Under the pieces are notes generated by a model, which was not told the DNA's origin, ran no database searches, and worked only from the letters and a program-made list of their open reading frames with translations. Positions 47,254 through 56,930 of a stretch of 64,000 nt of DNA are shown here, one piece after another. The position numbers and the translations under genes were made by a program. The stretch is from positions 1-64,000 of the forward strand of contig JAUSGI010000005.1 in the NCBI GenBank assembly GCA_030649135.1, given 5' to 3'. Within the stretch, counting starts at the first letter, position 1. Each line of letters opens with the position of its first letter. This DNA is from a bacterium. GTDB taxonomy: Bacteria; Patescibacteriota; Minisyncoccia; Phycocordibacterales; Zambryskibacteraceae.

Positions 47254-49601
47254 AAAAAGAACAAAAACGCATTGTACTTTTTGATGCCCACGCCATTATT
47301 CATCGCGCTTATCATGCCTTGCCGGAGTTTGCGACATCAAAGGGTGAACCAACCGGCGCTCTCTACGGTCTCTCCGCAATGCTTTTAAAAATTATCGGCG
47401 AACTCAAACCAAACTTTTTAGTGGCGTGTTTCGATTTGCCTGGGCCCACTTACCGCCACGAGGCCTACGAAGCTTACAAATCCGGCCGCGCCAAGACAGA
47501 CGACAACTTGGTATTACAGCTTGAGCGCGCCAAAGATGTTTTTACCGCTTTCGGTATTCCCATTTATTCTCAGCCCGGTTTCGAGGCAGACGATATCATC
47601 GGCACCATTGTCGGCAGTTTAAAAAAAGATAAAAATATCGAAATCATCATTGCCACCGGTGATATGGATGCGCTTCAGCTCGTAGATGATAAAAAAGTTC
47701 AGGTATATACCCTTAAAAAGGGCATTAACGACACTATTTTATACGACGAGAAAAAAGTGATGGCACGCTTCGGTTTTCCACCGAAACTTCTGGTGGATTA
47801 CAAAGGTTTACGCGGAGACCCTTCGGATAATATCATCGGAGTCAAAGGTATTGGAGAAAAAACTGCGACCTCTCTCATCACCACATTTGGTACTGTAGAA
47901 GATATTTATAAAGTGCTCAAGCAGAAAGATGATACGTATAAAAAGGCCGGCATCAGCGAGCGCGTTAGAGATTTACTTCTTCTAAATGAGGAAGAAGCGC
48001 TCTTTTCAAAAACATTGGCGACTATCCGCACCGATGCGCCCATTCATTTTATTTTACCCCCGGAGTGGAGACAAAATCTGGAACTCGATAAATTACTCGA
48101 CCTCTTTGGCGTACTTGAATTCAGAACCATGGGGGAGAGGGCAAAAAAATTGGTGGGGGGAGCTTCCGTAACGGAGACTGGAGTTGCCCCCACTCTGTTT
48201 TCGCCCGAGACCAAAGAACTTTGTTTGGCGCTCTGGGTCATAGATTCCAATCTCGCCAATCCGACGCTCGAGGAAGTTTTCCGGTTCACTAAGACGGATA
48301 GCATTAAAGAAGCCAAAAAAGTGATCGAAGTCGAGCTCGATAAGCGAAAGGTTAGAAAGGTTTTTGAGGAGATTGAGAAACCCATCATGAGAGTGGTGGA
48401 AGAGATGAACGAGAGGGGCGTTAAGATTGATAAAAAAATTTTGAAAGACCTTTCCTCGAAATATCATCAAGAACTTTCGCGTCTCGAGAAAGTTATCTGG
48501 AAAGAAGCCGGAAAAGAATTTAATATCAACTCACCTAAAGTGCTCTCCGATATTCTTTTTAATAAACTTCAGTTGGCTGATAAGCGCCAGAAGAAGACCC
48601 CGACGGGAGCTCTTTCAACCAAGGAGTCAGAATTGGAAAAACTGCGAGACAAACATCCCATTATCGCTCTGATTCTGGAATACCGTGAACTTGCCAAACT
48701 GCTCTCGACTTACATCGACGCCATACCACCTCTTTTGGATAAAAACTCCCGTCTGCACTCCACTTTTCTCCAAGCCGGCACCACTACCGGTCGCATGGCA
48801 TCCAACAACCCCAATCTGCAAAATATTCCCAACAAAACTCTTCTGGGCCGAGCTATCCGCCACGCCTTCGTGGCGGAAGGTGGGTTCAAACTGGTCTCCC
48901 TCGACTATTCGCAAATCGAATTGCGCATCGCCGCCATTCTTTCGGGGGACAAGAAACTAATTGAGATATTTAAAAATGGAGAGGATGCGCATGCCGGCGT
49001 GGCGATGCGTGTGTTTAAAGTGCCGAAAGAGGCGGTGGACAAAAGCATGCGCACCAGAGCCAAGACCATTAACTTCGGCATCCTTTACGGCATGGGAGTC
49101 AATGCTCTTAAAGCCAACCTGGGTGTGGAACGTAAAGAGGCCGAAGAGTTTTACAATAAATATTTTGAAACATTTTCCGGACTCGCCGCGTATTTGGATA
49201 AAATAAAAGCCGAAGCCAAGCGGAAGGGATACACGGAAACTCTTTTTGGCAGAAGGCGATATTTCGCGGGGCTAAGTTCGCCCTTGCCCTATGTGCGGGC
49301 GGGAGCCGAAAGGATGGCCATCAATGCGCCCATCCAAGGCACCCAGGCGGACCTGATTAAAATTGCCATGAAAAGAATTGATGAACATATCCGGTCCGAG
49401 GAGCATGAGGATGATATACGCTTAATTCTCCAAGTACACGACGAATTGGTTTACGAGGTAAAAAGTTCTTTGGTCAACGAAGTTGTTAAACACTTTAAAC
49501 AACTAATGGAGACAGTTTTACCTAAAGAGAAAACTTCCGGCGTTCCCATTACTGTCGAAGCCGAGATGGGTGAGAATTGGGGGGAAATGCAACGGATATG
49601 A
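47250..49601 (+). CDS. polA: DNA polymerase I
   Basis: 783 aa; 5'-3' exonuclease domain, polymerase motifs A/B/C (DYSQIELR, RRxxKxxxFGxxYG, VHDE). Reduced 3'-5' exonuclease region given its length. Confidence 0.92.
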   Translation: MKKEQKRIVLFDAHAIIHRAYHALPEFATSKGEPTGALYGLSAMLLKIIGELKPNFLVACFDLPGPTYRHEAYEAYKSGRAKTDDNLVLQLERAKDVFTAFGIPIYSQPGFEADDIIGTIVGSLKKDKNIEIIIATGDMDALQLVDDKKVQVYTLKKGINDTILYDEKKVMARFGFPPKLLVDYKGLRGDPSDNIIGVKGIGEKTATSLITTFGTVEDIYKVLKQKDDTYKKAGISERVRDLLLLNEEEALFSKTLATIRTDAPIHFILPPEWRQNLELDKLLDLFGVLEFRTMGERAKKLVGGASVTETGVAPTLFSPETKELCLALWVIDSNLANPTLEEVFRFTKTDSIKEAKKVIEVELDKRKVRKVFEEIEKPIMRVVEEMNERGVKIDKKILKDLSSKYHQELSRLEKVIWKEAGKEFNINSPKVLSDILFNKLQLADKRQKKTPTGALSTKESELEKLRDKHPIIALILEYRELAKLLSTYIDAIPPLLDKNSRLHSTFLQAGTTTGRMASNNPNLQNIPNKTLLGRAIRHAFVAEGGFKLVSLDYSQIELRIAAILSGDKKLIEIFKNGEDAHAGVAMRVFKVPKEAVDKSMRTRAKTINFGILYGMGVNALKANLGVERKEAEEFYNKYFETFSGLAAYLDKIKAEAKRKGYTETLFGRRRYFAGLSSPLPYVRAGAERMAINAPIQGTQADLIKIAMKRIDEHIRSEEHEDDIRLILQVHDELVYEVKSSLVNEVVKHFKQLMETVLPKEKTSGVPITVEAEMGENWGEMQRI

Positions 49602-50047
49602 CAGACGAGTTTTACCATAAAGATATCTTTGGTGCGGTAGTAGACATTAATCTTGGTGCGGTCGAGGAAACGGGCGACAAACAGCTTTTCGACAAGAAGG
49701 GTCGGGAGTTCAATATTTTCGCTCTAACTGATGCTTTGGGCGCGAGAAATAAAAAAGATGCTTGGATTCTGTATCAAAAGGCGTTGTCAGCCGGTTTGTC
49801 GGCCGAGGAGGTTTTCTTCAAAATAGTCTGGCAAGTGAAATCCCTGCTCATCGCATCAAAGACAAAAAATGTCGGAGAAACAGACATGAAAGTGTTTCCA
49901 TATAATAAAGCCAAAAGTTTCCTCGAGAATTTTAAACCCGGCGAACTCGAAAAACTCTCTGAAGATTTGGTTATTGGCTATACGCTTTCTCGTCGGGGCG
50001 AGGGGGAAGTGGAAACACTGGTCGAAAAGATACTTCTGAAACTTTAA
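49598..50047 (+). CDS. hypothetical protein, possibly DNA Pol III delta-like C-terminal domain
   Basis: About 149 aa from MTDEFYHKD (ATGA overlap with the polA stop); helical; weak resemblance to the HolA C-terminus. Confidence 0.35.
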   Translation: MTDEFYHKDIFGAVVDINLGAVEETGDKQLFDKKGREFNIFALTDALGARNKKDAWILYQKALSAGLSAEEVFFKIVWQVKSLLIASKTKNVGETDMKVFPYNKAKSFLENFKPGELEKLSEDLVIGYTLSRRGEGEVETLVEKILLKL

Positions 50048-50129
50048 TTGCGTTGATACTGGACTGCATTAATTTTGTATGTAATATGGTACATGGAATT
50101 GTAGTCAACATCTTCCCAGGGGGTGTCTA

Positions 50130-50510
50130 GTGATTCGTGCGAAGAAGAAGTTTGTTGTCGGTGCAGGGGAGCTTGACCAGTATGGCCACCTCAACTGCGA
50201 GGCCTTGAAACGGGTATTGCGGCCATCTCAGGACGCGCTGCTTGCTTCTCGCGGCATGACATTTAGTGCCGCCTGTGGCCCCGGGAAGTTCATCAAGAGG
50301 CTCAGTATTATTTGGTTGGCCCAGCTCAAGAAAGGGGATAAGTGTCTTGTTGTGACTAGTCTCACGCTGGGCAAAACAGACATAGTGTTCGAACAGAGAC
50401 TCACCAGGAAAGGTAGTCTCGCCGTTTCCTACATCACGGTGTTGACCATGGTAGGGAATGGCAGAAAAGTTCCCATTCCCATGGAAGTCAAGAGGCGGTT
50501 ATCGACCTAG
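50130..50510 (+). CDS. hotdog-fold thioesterase-like protein
   Basis: 126 aa; the DQYGHLNCEAL pattern resembles 4HBT-type acyl-CoA thioesterases; moderately GC-rich; non-ATG start likely. Confidence 0.45.
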   Translation: MIRAKKKFVVGAGELDQYGHLNCEALKRVLRPSQDALLASRGMTFSAACGPGKFIKRLSIIWLAQLKKGDKCLVVTSLTLGKTDIVFEQRLTRKGSLAVSYITVLTMVGNGRKVPIPMEVKRRLST

Positions 50511-50534
50511 AGAAGTGCCACCTCTCGTGACGTC

Positions 50535-50570
50535 ACCGCCGCCCGCATGTTACCGGGCGGCGGCTTTAAT
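50535..50570. terminator. bidirectional terminator hairpin (GCCGCCCG catgtta CCGGGCGGC + TTTAATT) shared by the thioesterase gene and folD
   Basis: The stem overlaps the folD stop codon; a T-run follows on the plus strand. Confidence 0.5.
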
Positions 50571-51380
50571 TAGGTTTTGAAAAAGGGAGGCGACGGTCAT
50601 CGGGCCAACACCACCGGGTACCGGCGTAATGGCTTTCACTACCTTGCTGACTTTCTCATAATCCACGTCCCCCACAATTTTTTTGTTTTTTGTGATATTG
50701 ATACCGATATCAACCACAATCTGATTTCGGGAAACGTGTTTCGTTGTAATTAATTTGGGGTGACCGACGGCCGTTATCAAAATATCGGCACGCTTGGTTT
50801 CTTTTTCTAAGTTTCTCGTATTTTTATGGCACATGGTTACTGTAGCACCCTTATTCAGCAAGGCGAGCATGGCCGGCCTGCCAACCAAAGATGATTGTCC
50901 CACGATTACTATCCTCTTACCGGCCAGTTTGATTTTATATTCCTCGAGCAGGTCCACGATGCCTTTGGCTGTAGCGGGGATGAATGCCTCGTTATTATCA
51001 AACAAATGCTTAGTATTAACTGCCGTTAGCCCGTCCACATCCTTTTGCGGGTCTATAGACTCAAGCACTTTTTCAATGAGAAAATTTTTAGGCGCGGGTA
51101 ACTGTACCATGATGCCATGAACGGAAGAGTCCCGGTTACTTTTCAGAATATAAGAAATTATTTGTGACTCCTTGACGCTGTTCGGATACCTTTTGTGTAT
51201 AGTCTCTACGCCAATTCTCTCGGCAAAATTTTTTTTGTTTCTGATATAGGTATTCGACTCTTTCAAGTCGCCAATCTGAATAATTACCAGTTTTGGTTTG
51301 CGAGGCAACTTCTTGATTTTCTTTAGAAGTTTAAGGGCCAGTGACTGACTTAATTTCTTGCCGTCCAGGATTTTTGTCAT
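50550..51380 (-). CDS. folD: bifunctional methylenetetrahydrofolate dehydrogenase/cyclohydrolase
   Basis: 276 aa; GRSSLVGRP-like and PGGVGPMT motifs. Confidence 0.92.
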   Translation of the reverse strand: MTKILDGKKLSQSLALKLLKKIKKLPRKPKLVIIQIGDLKESNTYIRNKKNFAERIGVETIHKRYPNSVKESQIISYILKSNRDSSVHGIMVQLPAPKNFLIEKVLESIDPQKDVDGLTAVNTKHLFDNNEAFIPATAKGIVDLLEEYKIKLAGKRIVIVGQSSLVGRPAMLALLNKGATVTMCHKNTRNLEKETKRADILITAVGHPKLITTKHVSRNQIVVDIGINITKNKKIVGDVDYEKVSKVVKAITPVPGGVGPMTVASLFQNLIKAAAR

Positions 51381-51390
51381 GATAATACGG

Positions 51391-51463
51391 TGCGCCCAGC
51401 AGGGATCGAACCTGCGACCTTGTCCTTAAAAGGGACCTGCTCTACCAACTGAGCTATGGGCGC
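51391..51463 (-). tRNA. tRNA-Lys (anticodon TTT)
   Basis: Manual fold: acceptor GCGCCCA/TGGGCGC; D-arm GCTC-AGTTGGTA-GAGC; anticodon loop CTTTTAA; T-arm GCAGG-TTCGATC-CCTGC. CCA not fully encoded. Confidence 0.8.
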
Positions 51464-51508
51464 AATTTACCCCGCCATGGCGGGGCGTAGCCTAAAAACA
51501 TATAACAA

Positions 51509-51913
51509 TTAGAGGGGGATGTCTATTGCGTAAGCGCCGGCGCCGGTCAACAGTAACGACAGAGAGATGGCGAAAATGAGAATATAGAAAACCATGTCGC
51601 GTTTGAGGATTTCGCGCGCCTGCCATTCCACATAGAGCTCAATGCCGGAGAAAATCACAAAGGCTAGAGCCGCCACTTGCGTCCAAAGACCAGCCAAGAG
51701 CATCAACCCGCCGATAATCTGGAGCAGGGCGTAGAGAGGCACGAATAAGTCTGCCGGACGCAGACCGAGTGTTTCAAAGGAAGCAAGCCATCCCTCTTTT
51801 TCGCTTCGGAATTTTAAAAATCCAAGGTCGATAAAAATGAGAGCTAGGAGTATCCGCAAGATAAAAGGGCCGAGCATTGAGTACGCCAAGAGTTCGGGAA
51901 AAGGGTTAAGCAT
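51509..51913 (-). CDS. DoxX family membrane protein
   Basis: 134 aa; four hydrophobic helices with the DoxX-like pattern. Confidence 0.7.
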   Translation of the reverse strand: MLNPFPELLAYSMLGPFILRILLALIFIDLGFLKFRSEKEGWLASFETLGLRPADLFVPLYALLQIIGGLMLLAGLWTQVAALAFVIFSGIELYVEWQAREILKRDMVFYILIFAISLSLLLTGAGAYAIDIPL

Positions 51914-51939
51914 GACTTTATGATAGCATAACTAGAACT

Positions 51940-52407
51940 GTGAAAAAATGCGTACTTATTTTGGACAATATTCGTAGCGTGGCCAATGTGGGCTCCATTT
52001 TTCGCACTGCGGACTGTTTGGGTGTTGTCAAAATTATACTGGTAGGCACCACCCCCGCGCCAACCGACCGCTTTGGCCGTAAGAGGAAAGACTTTGCCAA
52101 GGTTTCTTTGGGGGCAGAAGATATTGTGAGATGGGAACATCAAAAAGAGATTGAACCGGTTCTCAGTAAACTACAAGAGCAAGGGTATGAGATTGTTGCT
52201 TTGGAACAAATAGTAAATGCAGAGAACATTATAAATTTCAAACCGAAAAACAAGTTCGCTCTTATTGTCGGCAACGAAGTCACCGGGGTTTCAAAAGGCG
52301 CACTCGACATGGCCGACCGAGTGGTGGAAATTCCCATGATAGGCACGAAAGAATCTTTAAATGTATCCGTCGCAACGGGTGTAGCGTTGTTTAAATTATT
52401 TAAATAA
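51940..52407 (+). CDS. SpoU/TrmH-family RNA 2'-O-methyltransferase (TrmL-like size)
   Basis: 155 aa; SPOUT motifs (NVGSIFRTADCLG; LIVGNEVTGVS; SLNVSVATGVAL). Confidence 0.8.
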   Translation: MKKCVLILDNIRSVANVGSIFRTADCLGVVKIILVGTTPAPTDRFGRKRKDFAKVSLGAEDIVRWEHQKEIEPVLSKLQEQGYEIVALEQIVNAENIINFKPKNKFALIVGNEVTGVSKGALDMADRVVEIPMIGTKESLNVSVATGVALFKLFK

Positions 52408-53253
52408 TTTTTGGTGAACGGGACAGAAATGCGCGCTGCGGGCGCCAACAATGATGCGCTTAATAACACCTCGGCAACCTCTTTTCCCACAGGATAGCCC
52501 TGTGCGCCGGTAAGCATGGTGATGGTTTTGGAAATGACCTTTCTCGCCCTTAATGTTTCGATAGTCGGACATAGAGTCTCCACCCAAATCAATGCCTTTT
52601 CTCAAAGTTTCTTTCGTTGCCCTAAACATGGCTCGAAGATTTTTCTCCGGAATCTGGTTTGGATGCGAGAGGGGATGAACTCCGGCGTGCCAGAGAATTT
52701 CATCGGAGTAAATATTGCCAATACCGGATATCAAACTTTGGTCCATTAAAACTTGCTTAATCCTGCCCTTTGGCCTTTTCTGTATTTGTAAATTGAAAAT
52801 TTTAAATTGAAAATTTTTATCAAGGGGTTCTGGTCCAAGATGTTCGAGATGTAGAGATTTCTCAAGTTCTGCCGTCCTCACCAGCGTTACTTTCGCAAAC
52901 TTGCGCATATCGGAAAGGACCAAATGTTTGCCGTTATCGAGTTTGAAATCAAGTCGGATAAAAGTAGTGGCAGGGCGGTCATAGACAAAATGTCCCGTCA
53001 TTTTCATATGGACAATGATAGTGTGTCCGCCGGATAGGTGAATAAGCACATTTTTTGCCCGTCTTTCTGCTCGTAGTATTTTCTTACCCCCGACCTTCTT
53101 TCTGAAAATTGCAAAAAACTTTGGATTCTTGATGTTATCTTTGCCTGCATGGTAGGAGCTGTTATAACTGGTTTCTACACCAATGATTTTCTTGTGTTTG
53201 ACGGTTCTATTCAAACCATTGACCGTAGTTTGGACTTCTGGCAGTTCAGGCAT
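52396..53253 (-). CDS. mutM: formamidopyrimidine-DNA glycosylase (Fpg/Nei family)
   Basis: 285 aa; N-terminal MPELPEV catalytic Pro; C-terminal zinc finger (CGKRGCRGVIKRIIVGARSAHFCPVHQ). Confidence 0.9.
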   Translation of the reverse strand: MPELPEVQTTVNGLNRTVKHKKIIGVETSYNSSYHAGKDNIKNPKFFAIFRKKVGGKKILRAERRAKNVLIHLSGGHTIIVHMKMTGHFVYDRPATTFIRLDFKLDNGKHLVLSDMRKFAKVTLVRTAELEKSLHLEHLGPEPLDKNFQFKIFNLQIQKRPKGRIKQVLMDQSLISGIGNIYSDEILWHAGVHPLSHPNQIPEKNLRAMFRATKETLRKGIDLGGDSMSDYRNIKGEKGHFQNHHHAYRRTGLSCGKRGCRGVIKRIIVGARSAHFCPVHQKLFK

Positions 53254-53261
53254 ACAAAATT

Positions 53262-54407
53262 TTAGCGCTCAGGTTGCTTAATAAGATTTTCTAAATTGTT
53301 AAACCAGAAATACAAGGAAATAAATGCCACAACCAAGAATGAGAGTTCAAACTTACCTATAGACAAAAGGAATAATGTGGTGGTAAAAACTATGACCCTT
53401 CCTAAAATGGTAGGAACTTCTCGTAGTACGAGGAATTGAGCATCGGCACTGCGGGCGCGATTTAGCATAATCGCACCGTATGCACTGGCGAAGATTCCTA
53501 GTGCAAATCCCCGAAGAATGGTCACCATATAGAGCAGAGCCGGTGTCGGTGAATAAATAGCAACCACATAAGAAAGAGTCCACGTGACTGTTGTTGCAAT
53601 TGCACCAAAGCGCACAATTGCTTTTTTATCCCATTTATCGATGAGCGTGCCGGTGATATGGGTTACGACAATTCCTACAAGTCCAGCAAGAACTCCTAGT
53701 GCCCCAATATCAAGCACCGTGAGTCCCGTTATGATTAAGAAAAGGACCCAGATGATTTGTGCATCCTGCCCAAGGTTATCTAGGATTTCTGGCAAAATGA
53801 AATGTTTGTTTTTGCGAGTAATTGCACTAATTTCTGATAGGTCAAATTTAAAACTCGTTTTCTCGTGTCTCATCGGTAGCACGGGAATAATAGAAATAAG
53901 AATAAATACTAATGCGGCTGCAAATAAAAGGTTGTACCCATAAAAAACAATTAATAGGGCGGCAATTCCTGGCACAATAAGCCCAACCGCAGACCCAACG
54001 TTAGACATAAAAGCAAGTGATGAGCCTATTGTGGAATCTTCGGTCTTACGAACAGTAAGGATGTTGTATGGAATCCAGAAAAATGCCGATTCCATTCCAC
54101 TTATAATAGCCAGAATAAATAAGATAGATGGGTGGCTTGGTAACAAAAATAACCCAGAGAAGAGAATTGTTACTAACACTATGCGTACATACCAACAACG
54201 CACAAGCCCGATGATGTTGGAAACATAAATTGCCAAAAAAGCACCCAAAAGAAGTGATAAATGGTGTGCCAGTAACCAAGTAATTACGATGGAAACAGAG
54301 TTTCCCAGCCCCAATAAATATATAGGAACAAATAATCCTACAAGGCCCGTACCAATACCAGCGATGGTATTCATGGCAACAATACGCTGAAAATCAGTTA
54401 AGCGCAT
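53262..54407 (-). CDS. MFS transporter
   Basis: 381 aa; about 11 to 12 hydrophobic helices. Confidence 0.7.
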   Translation of the reverse strand: MRLTDFQRIVAMNTIAGIGTGLVGLFVPIYLLGLGNSVSIVITWLLAHHLSLLLGAFLAIYVSNIIGLVRCWYVRIVLVTILFSGLFLLPSHPSILFILAIISGMESAFFWIPYNILTVRKTEDSTIGSSLAFMSNVGSAVGLIVPGIAALLIVFYGYNLLFAAALVFILISIIPVLPMRHEKTSFKFDLSEISAITRKNKHFILPEILDNLGQDAQIIWVLFLIITGLTVLDIGALGVLAGLVGIVVTHITGTLIDKWDKKAIVRFGAIATTVTWTLSYVVAIYSPTPALLYMVTILRGFALGIFASAYGAIMLNRARSADAQFLVLREVPTILGRVIVFTTTLFLLSIGKFELSFLVVAFISLYFWFNNLENLIKQPER

Positions 54408-54411
54408 ACGA

Positions 54412-54987
54412 CTAACTTCTAGTAGATAGTAATTTCAATGCGGCTTTGACACGCTCGCTTGCTCCCGCTGTCTCTTTGGGAACTTTTTTGAGGGCTTCGC
54501 GAGCGTCCCGTTCGCTATAGCCGAGAGAGACGAGGGCCTCCAGGGCGTCTCCTTCGGAGCGCATATCTGTGCCCCCGTCTTCTTTCGTAGTTTTGAGTTT
54601 GTCTTTAAGTTCCAGCACGATTTTTTCCGCCTTTTTCTTGCCGATACCGGATACTCGTGTCAGATAAGTTGTGTCTTCGCTTGCCACGGCTTGTCGAAGC
54701 ATTGCGGGACTCGCGACATTCAGAATACCCAAAGCACTTTTGGGGCCAATGCCGGAGATGGTGATGAGCAGTTCAAATATATCCAAAGTTCCTTTATCCA
54801 GGAAACCAAAAAGTTCCAAAGAAGTTTCTCTGACCGCCAAATGAGTCCAGAGGAAAATGGGGGAACTCGGAGTTATTTCTAGCGCTGTTTCGGTAGTGAC
54901 GAAAACTTTGTAGCCTACGCCGGAAACATCTACCACAAGAGCGTTTAGGTTTTTATGTCGGACCGTGCCGTTTAAAGTACCAATCAT
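54412..54987 (-). CDS. ruvA: Holliday junction DNA helicase RuvA
   Basis: About 191 aa from MIGTLNGTV; HhH motifs (GIGPKSAL; VSGIGKKKAEKI). The ORF track starts 6 codons earlier. Confidence 0.88.
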   Translation of the reverse strand: MIGTLNGTVRHKNLNALVVDVSGVGYKVFVTTETALEITPSSPIFLWTHLAVRETSLELFGFLDKGTLDIFELLITISGIGPKSALGILNVASPAMLRQAVASEDTTYLTRVSGIGKKKAEKIVLELKDKLKTTKEDGGTDMRSEGDALEALVSLGYSERDAREALKKVPKETAGASERVKAALKLLSTRS

Positions 54988-55024
54988 GTTGCCATTATAA
55001 TGCAAAGTCTGCTAAGATGCTCCC

Positions 55025-55288
55025 ATGCCGATTACCCGAGGAGCCAAAAAGTCACATAGGAGCTCGCTACGCAAGCGAGAGTTCAATTTGCGCCGCAAGG
55101 ACAAGGTTTCCCGGGCTATCAAATCTCTCAAGAAACTCGTTACTTCCGGCAAGAAAAAAGAAGCCGAGGCCATGATGCGCGAAGTCCAGAGCGCTCTCGA
55201 TAAAGCGGTCAAAGGTAAGACGCTTAAGAAAAATACTGCCAGCCGTAAGAAGTCTCGCCTTTCGAAGTTAATAAAGAAGTTATCGTAA
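55025..55288 (+). CDS. rpsT: 30S ribosomal protein S20
   Basis: 87 aa; basic, helical (SALDKAVKGKTLKKNTASRKKSRLSK), typical of S20. Confidence 0.85.
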   Translation: MPITRGAKKSHRSSLRKREFNLRRKDKVSRAIKSLKKLVTSGKKKEAEAMMREVQSALDKAVKGKTLKKNTASRKKSRLSKLIKKLS

Positions 55289-55306
55289 GTCGTTTTGTTT
55301 CCTACT

Positions 55307-55381
55307 GCTCCCATCGTTCAATGGATAGGACATAACTTTGCGGAAGTTAAAATGTAGGTTCGATTCCTACTGGGAGCACCA
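55307..55381 (+). tRNA. tRNA-Arg (anticodon read as GCG)
   Basis: Manual fold: acceptor GCTCCCA/TGGGAGC; D-arm GTTC-AATGGATA-GGAC; anticodon stem TAACT/AGTTA with loop TTGCGGA; T-arm GTAGG-TTCGATT-CCTAC; CCA encoded. Confidence 0.7.
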
Positions 55382-55409
55382 AAACTAAAAACAGGAAAAA
55401 AGAATCTCC

Positions 55410-56399
55410 ATGAAAAAAATTTTGATTGTTGCGATTATCCTTTTGACCGGATTAATATTGGTGTGGGTCACTCGTTCTCTGACTCCAAAAGAAAGTCATC
55501 AAATAACCGATTTTACCGTGGCTTGCCGTCCTACAACCGGAAAGATCGATCAGAAAGTTTTTGGAATTGGATCGGTCGGCGCCGACGTAGAAATATTTAA
55601 TATTGTTCAGGATTTGGGAGTTAAGTGGCTTCGTCTGGATATCCCTTGGACTGACATTGAACCGGCAGAAGGAACGTTCAAATGGGCGGGGGTCGATCTC
55701 GGTATGCGCGAATTGGAAAAGCGAAATATTGGACTTCTTGCAATCATTAACCATCCACCCGACTGGGTATGGGGACGTGATACGACACTTGCACAAAATG
55801 CCGCAAAAAGTTTTGGCAAAGCAATTGCCGCTCGCTATAAGGGAAGAATCAAATACTATGAAGCTTTCAACGAGCCCAATTTGCCGGGTTTCGGTTTTTT
55901 CCGCGAAGGGGAGAGGGTGAATGTAAAAACATATGTCGCATATTTATCAGGGCTCAATGCCGGTATTCGCGAAGCTGATCCCGCCGCGCTTATTGTGCTT
56001 GGTGGACTTTCTTCTGACGAGAACAACATTTCAAGAAAGCAATTCATTGCTGAATTAAGTCAAAATGGAGCTGGTGACTGTTTTGATATTTTTGCTTTCC
56101 ATCCCTACGGCTACGAAGATGGGTATTTAGACAGCCTTCATTCAGAGTTGAAAGAAACTATTAAGTCACTTGGCCTTGAGAAACCAATATGGTTTAACGA
56201 ATTGGGAACGAGTGACGATTCAAAAAGAGCAGAGATTTTAAAAGGTCTTTCAAATCAAATTTCTAACATCCCTGGGTTTTTTTGGTTCAGTGTTCGCGAT
56301 CTTTCTCCGCGTGAGCGCTATGGTCTCGTAACGCTCGATAATCAAAAAAAGGAGCCCGATTACTCCCTTTTTAAAGCAATCGTTCAGTTCGTCGATTAA
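55410..56399 (+). CDS. secreted glycoside hydrolase, clan GH-A TIM-barrel (GH5/GH39-like)
   Basis: 329 aa; N-terminal TM/signal; FNEPN catalytic acid/base motif. Confidence 0.65.
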   Translation: MKKILIVAIILLTGLILVWVTRSLTPKESHQITDFTVACRPTTGKIDQKVFGIGSVGADVEIFNIVQDLGVKWLRLDIPWTDIEPAEGTFKWAGVDLGMRELEKRNIGLLAIINHPPDWVWGRDTTLAQNAAKSFGKAIAARYKGRIKYYEAFNEPNLPGFGFFREGERVNVKTYVAYLSGLNAGIREADPAALIVLGGLSSDENNISRKQFIAELSQNGAGDCFDIFAFHPYGYEDGYLDSLHSELKETIKSLGLEKPIWFNELGTSDDSKRAEILKGLSNQISNIPGFFWFSVRDLSPRERYGLVTLDNQKKEPDYSLFKAIVQFVD

Positions 56400-56416
56400 T
56401 CTGCAACAATTTTTTA

Positions 56417-56887
56417 TTAAAATCCCAAGTATTCCAGAATTTTCTCGACAAAGGGAAGGCTGTGGAATTCTTCGGGCAGGAAGATAGAAAGATTTTCATG
56501 CAGTTGTTCCACGTCGGTCTCGTTGCCGAGCGGCACAATGACAAGAGGCATGAGCAGTTTTTCGGACCGCATAATAATTTTTTTGTGCGGATGTTCCGTG
56601 TCTATCCAGAATGACTGGAGAGTAGAAAAAGGATAACGAATTTTACCCCGGGTGACACCTTTCTCGTCCACAACTACGTGCAACATGCTTGGTGGACGAT
56701 TGATAAAGAGTGAGAGCGCGAAAGCACTGATGAGCACCAAGATACCAAAAATAATGTTGCCGAAGATGACAGAGGCAATAGCCACGGAGATCGAGATGAT
56801 ACCTACTGCCCAGAACCAGTCCGGGCTCCTTTGTTTGTGCTCATACTCATGTGCATCCCACTCTATTTTGAAGGATGGTCGTGGCAT
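56417..56887 (-). CDS. hypothetical membrane protein
   Basis: 156 aa; two adjacent TM helices followed by a PH-like soluble domain. Confidence 0.45.
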   Translation of the reverse strand: MPRPSFKIEWDAHEYEHKQRSPDWFWAVGIISISVAIASVIFGNIIFGILVLISAFALSLFINRPPSMLHVVVDEKGVTRGKIRYPFSTLQSFWIDTEHPHKKIIMRSEKLLMPLVIVPLGNETDVEQLHENLSIFLPEEFHSLPFVEKILEYLGF

Positions 56888-56930
56888 AGATGCAAAAATT
56901 ATATCATAATCTATATGTCACTATCCCCTA

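Noticed and set aside
52780-52830. Tandem aaattgaaaatttt repeat inside mutM
   Set aside because: Two short AT-rich direct copies inside an intact reading frame; most likely a coding-sequence coincidence without separate function.
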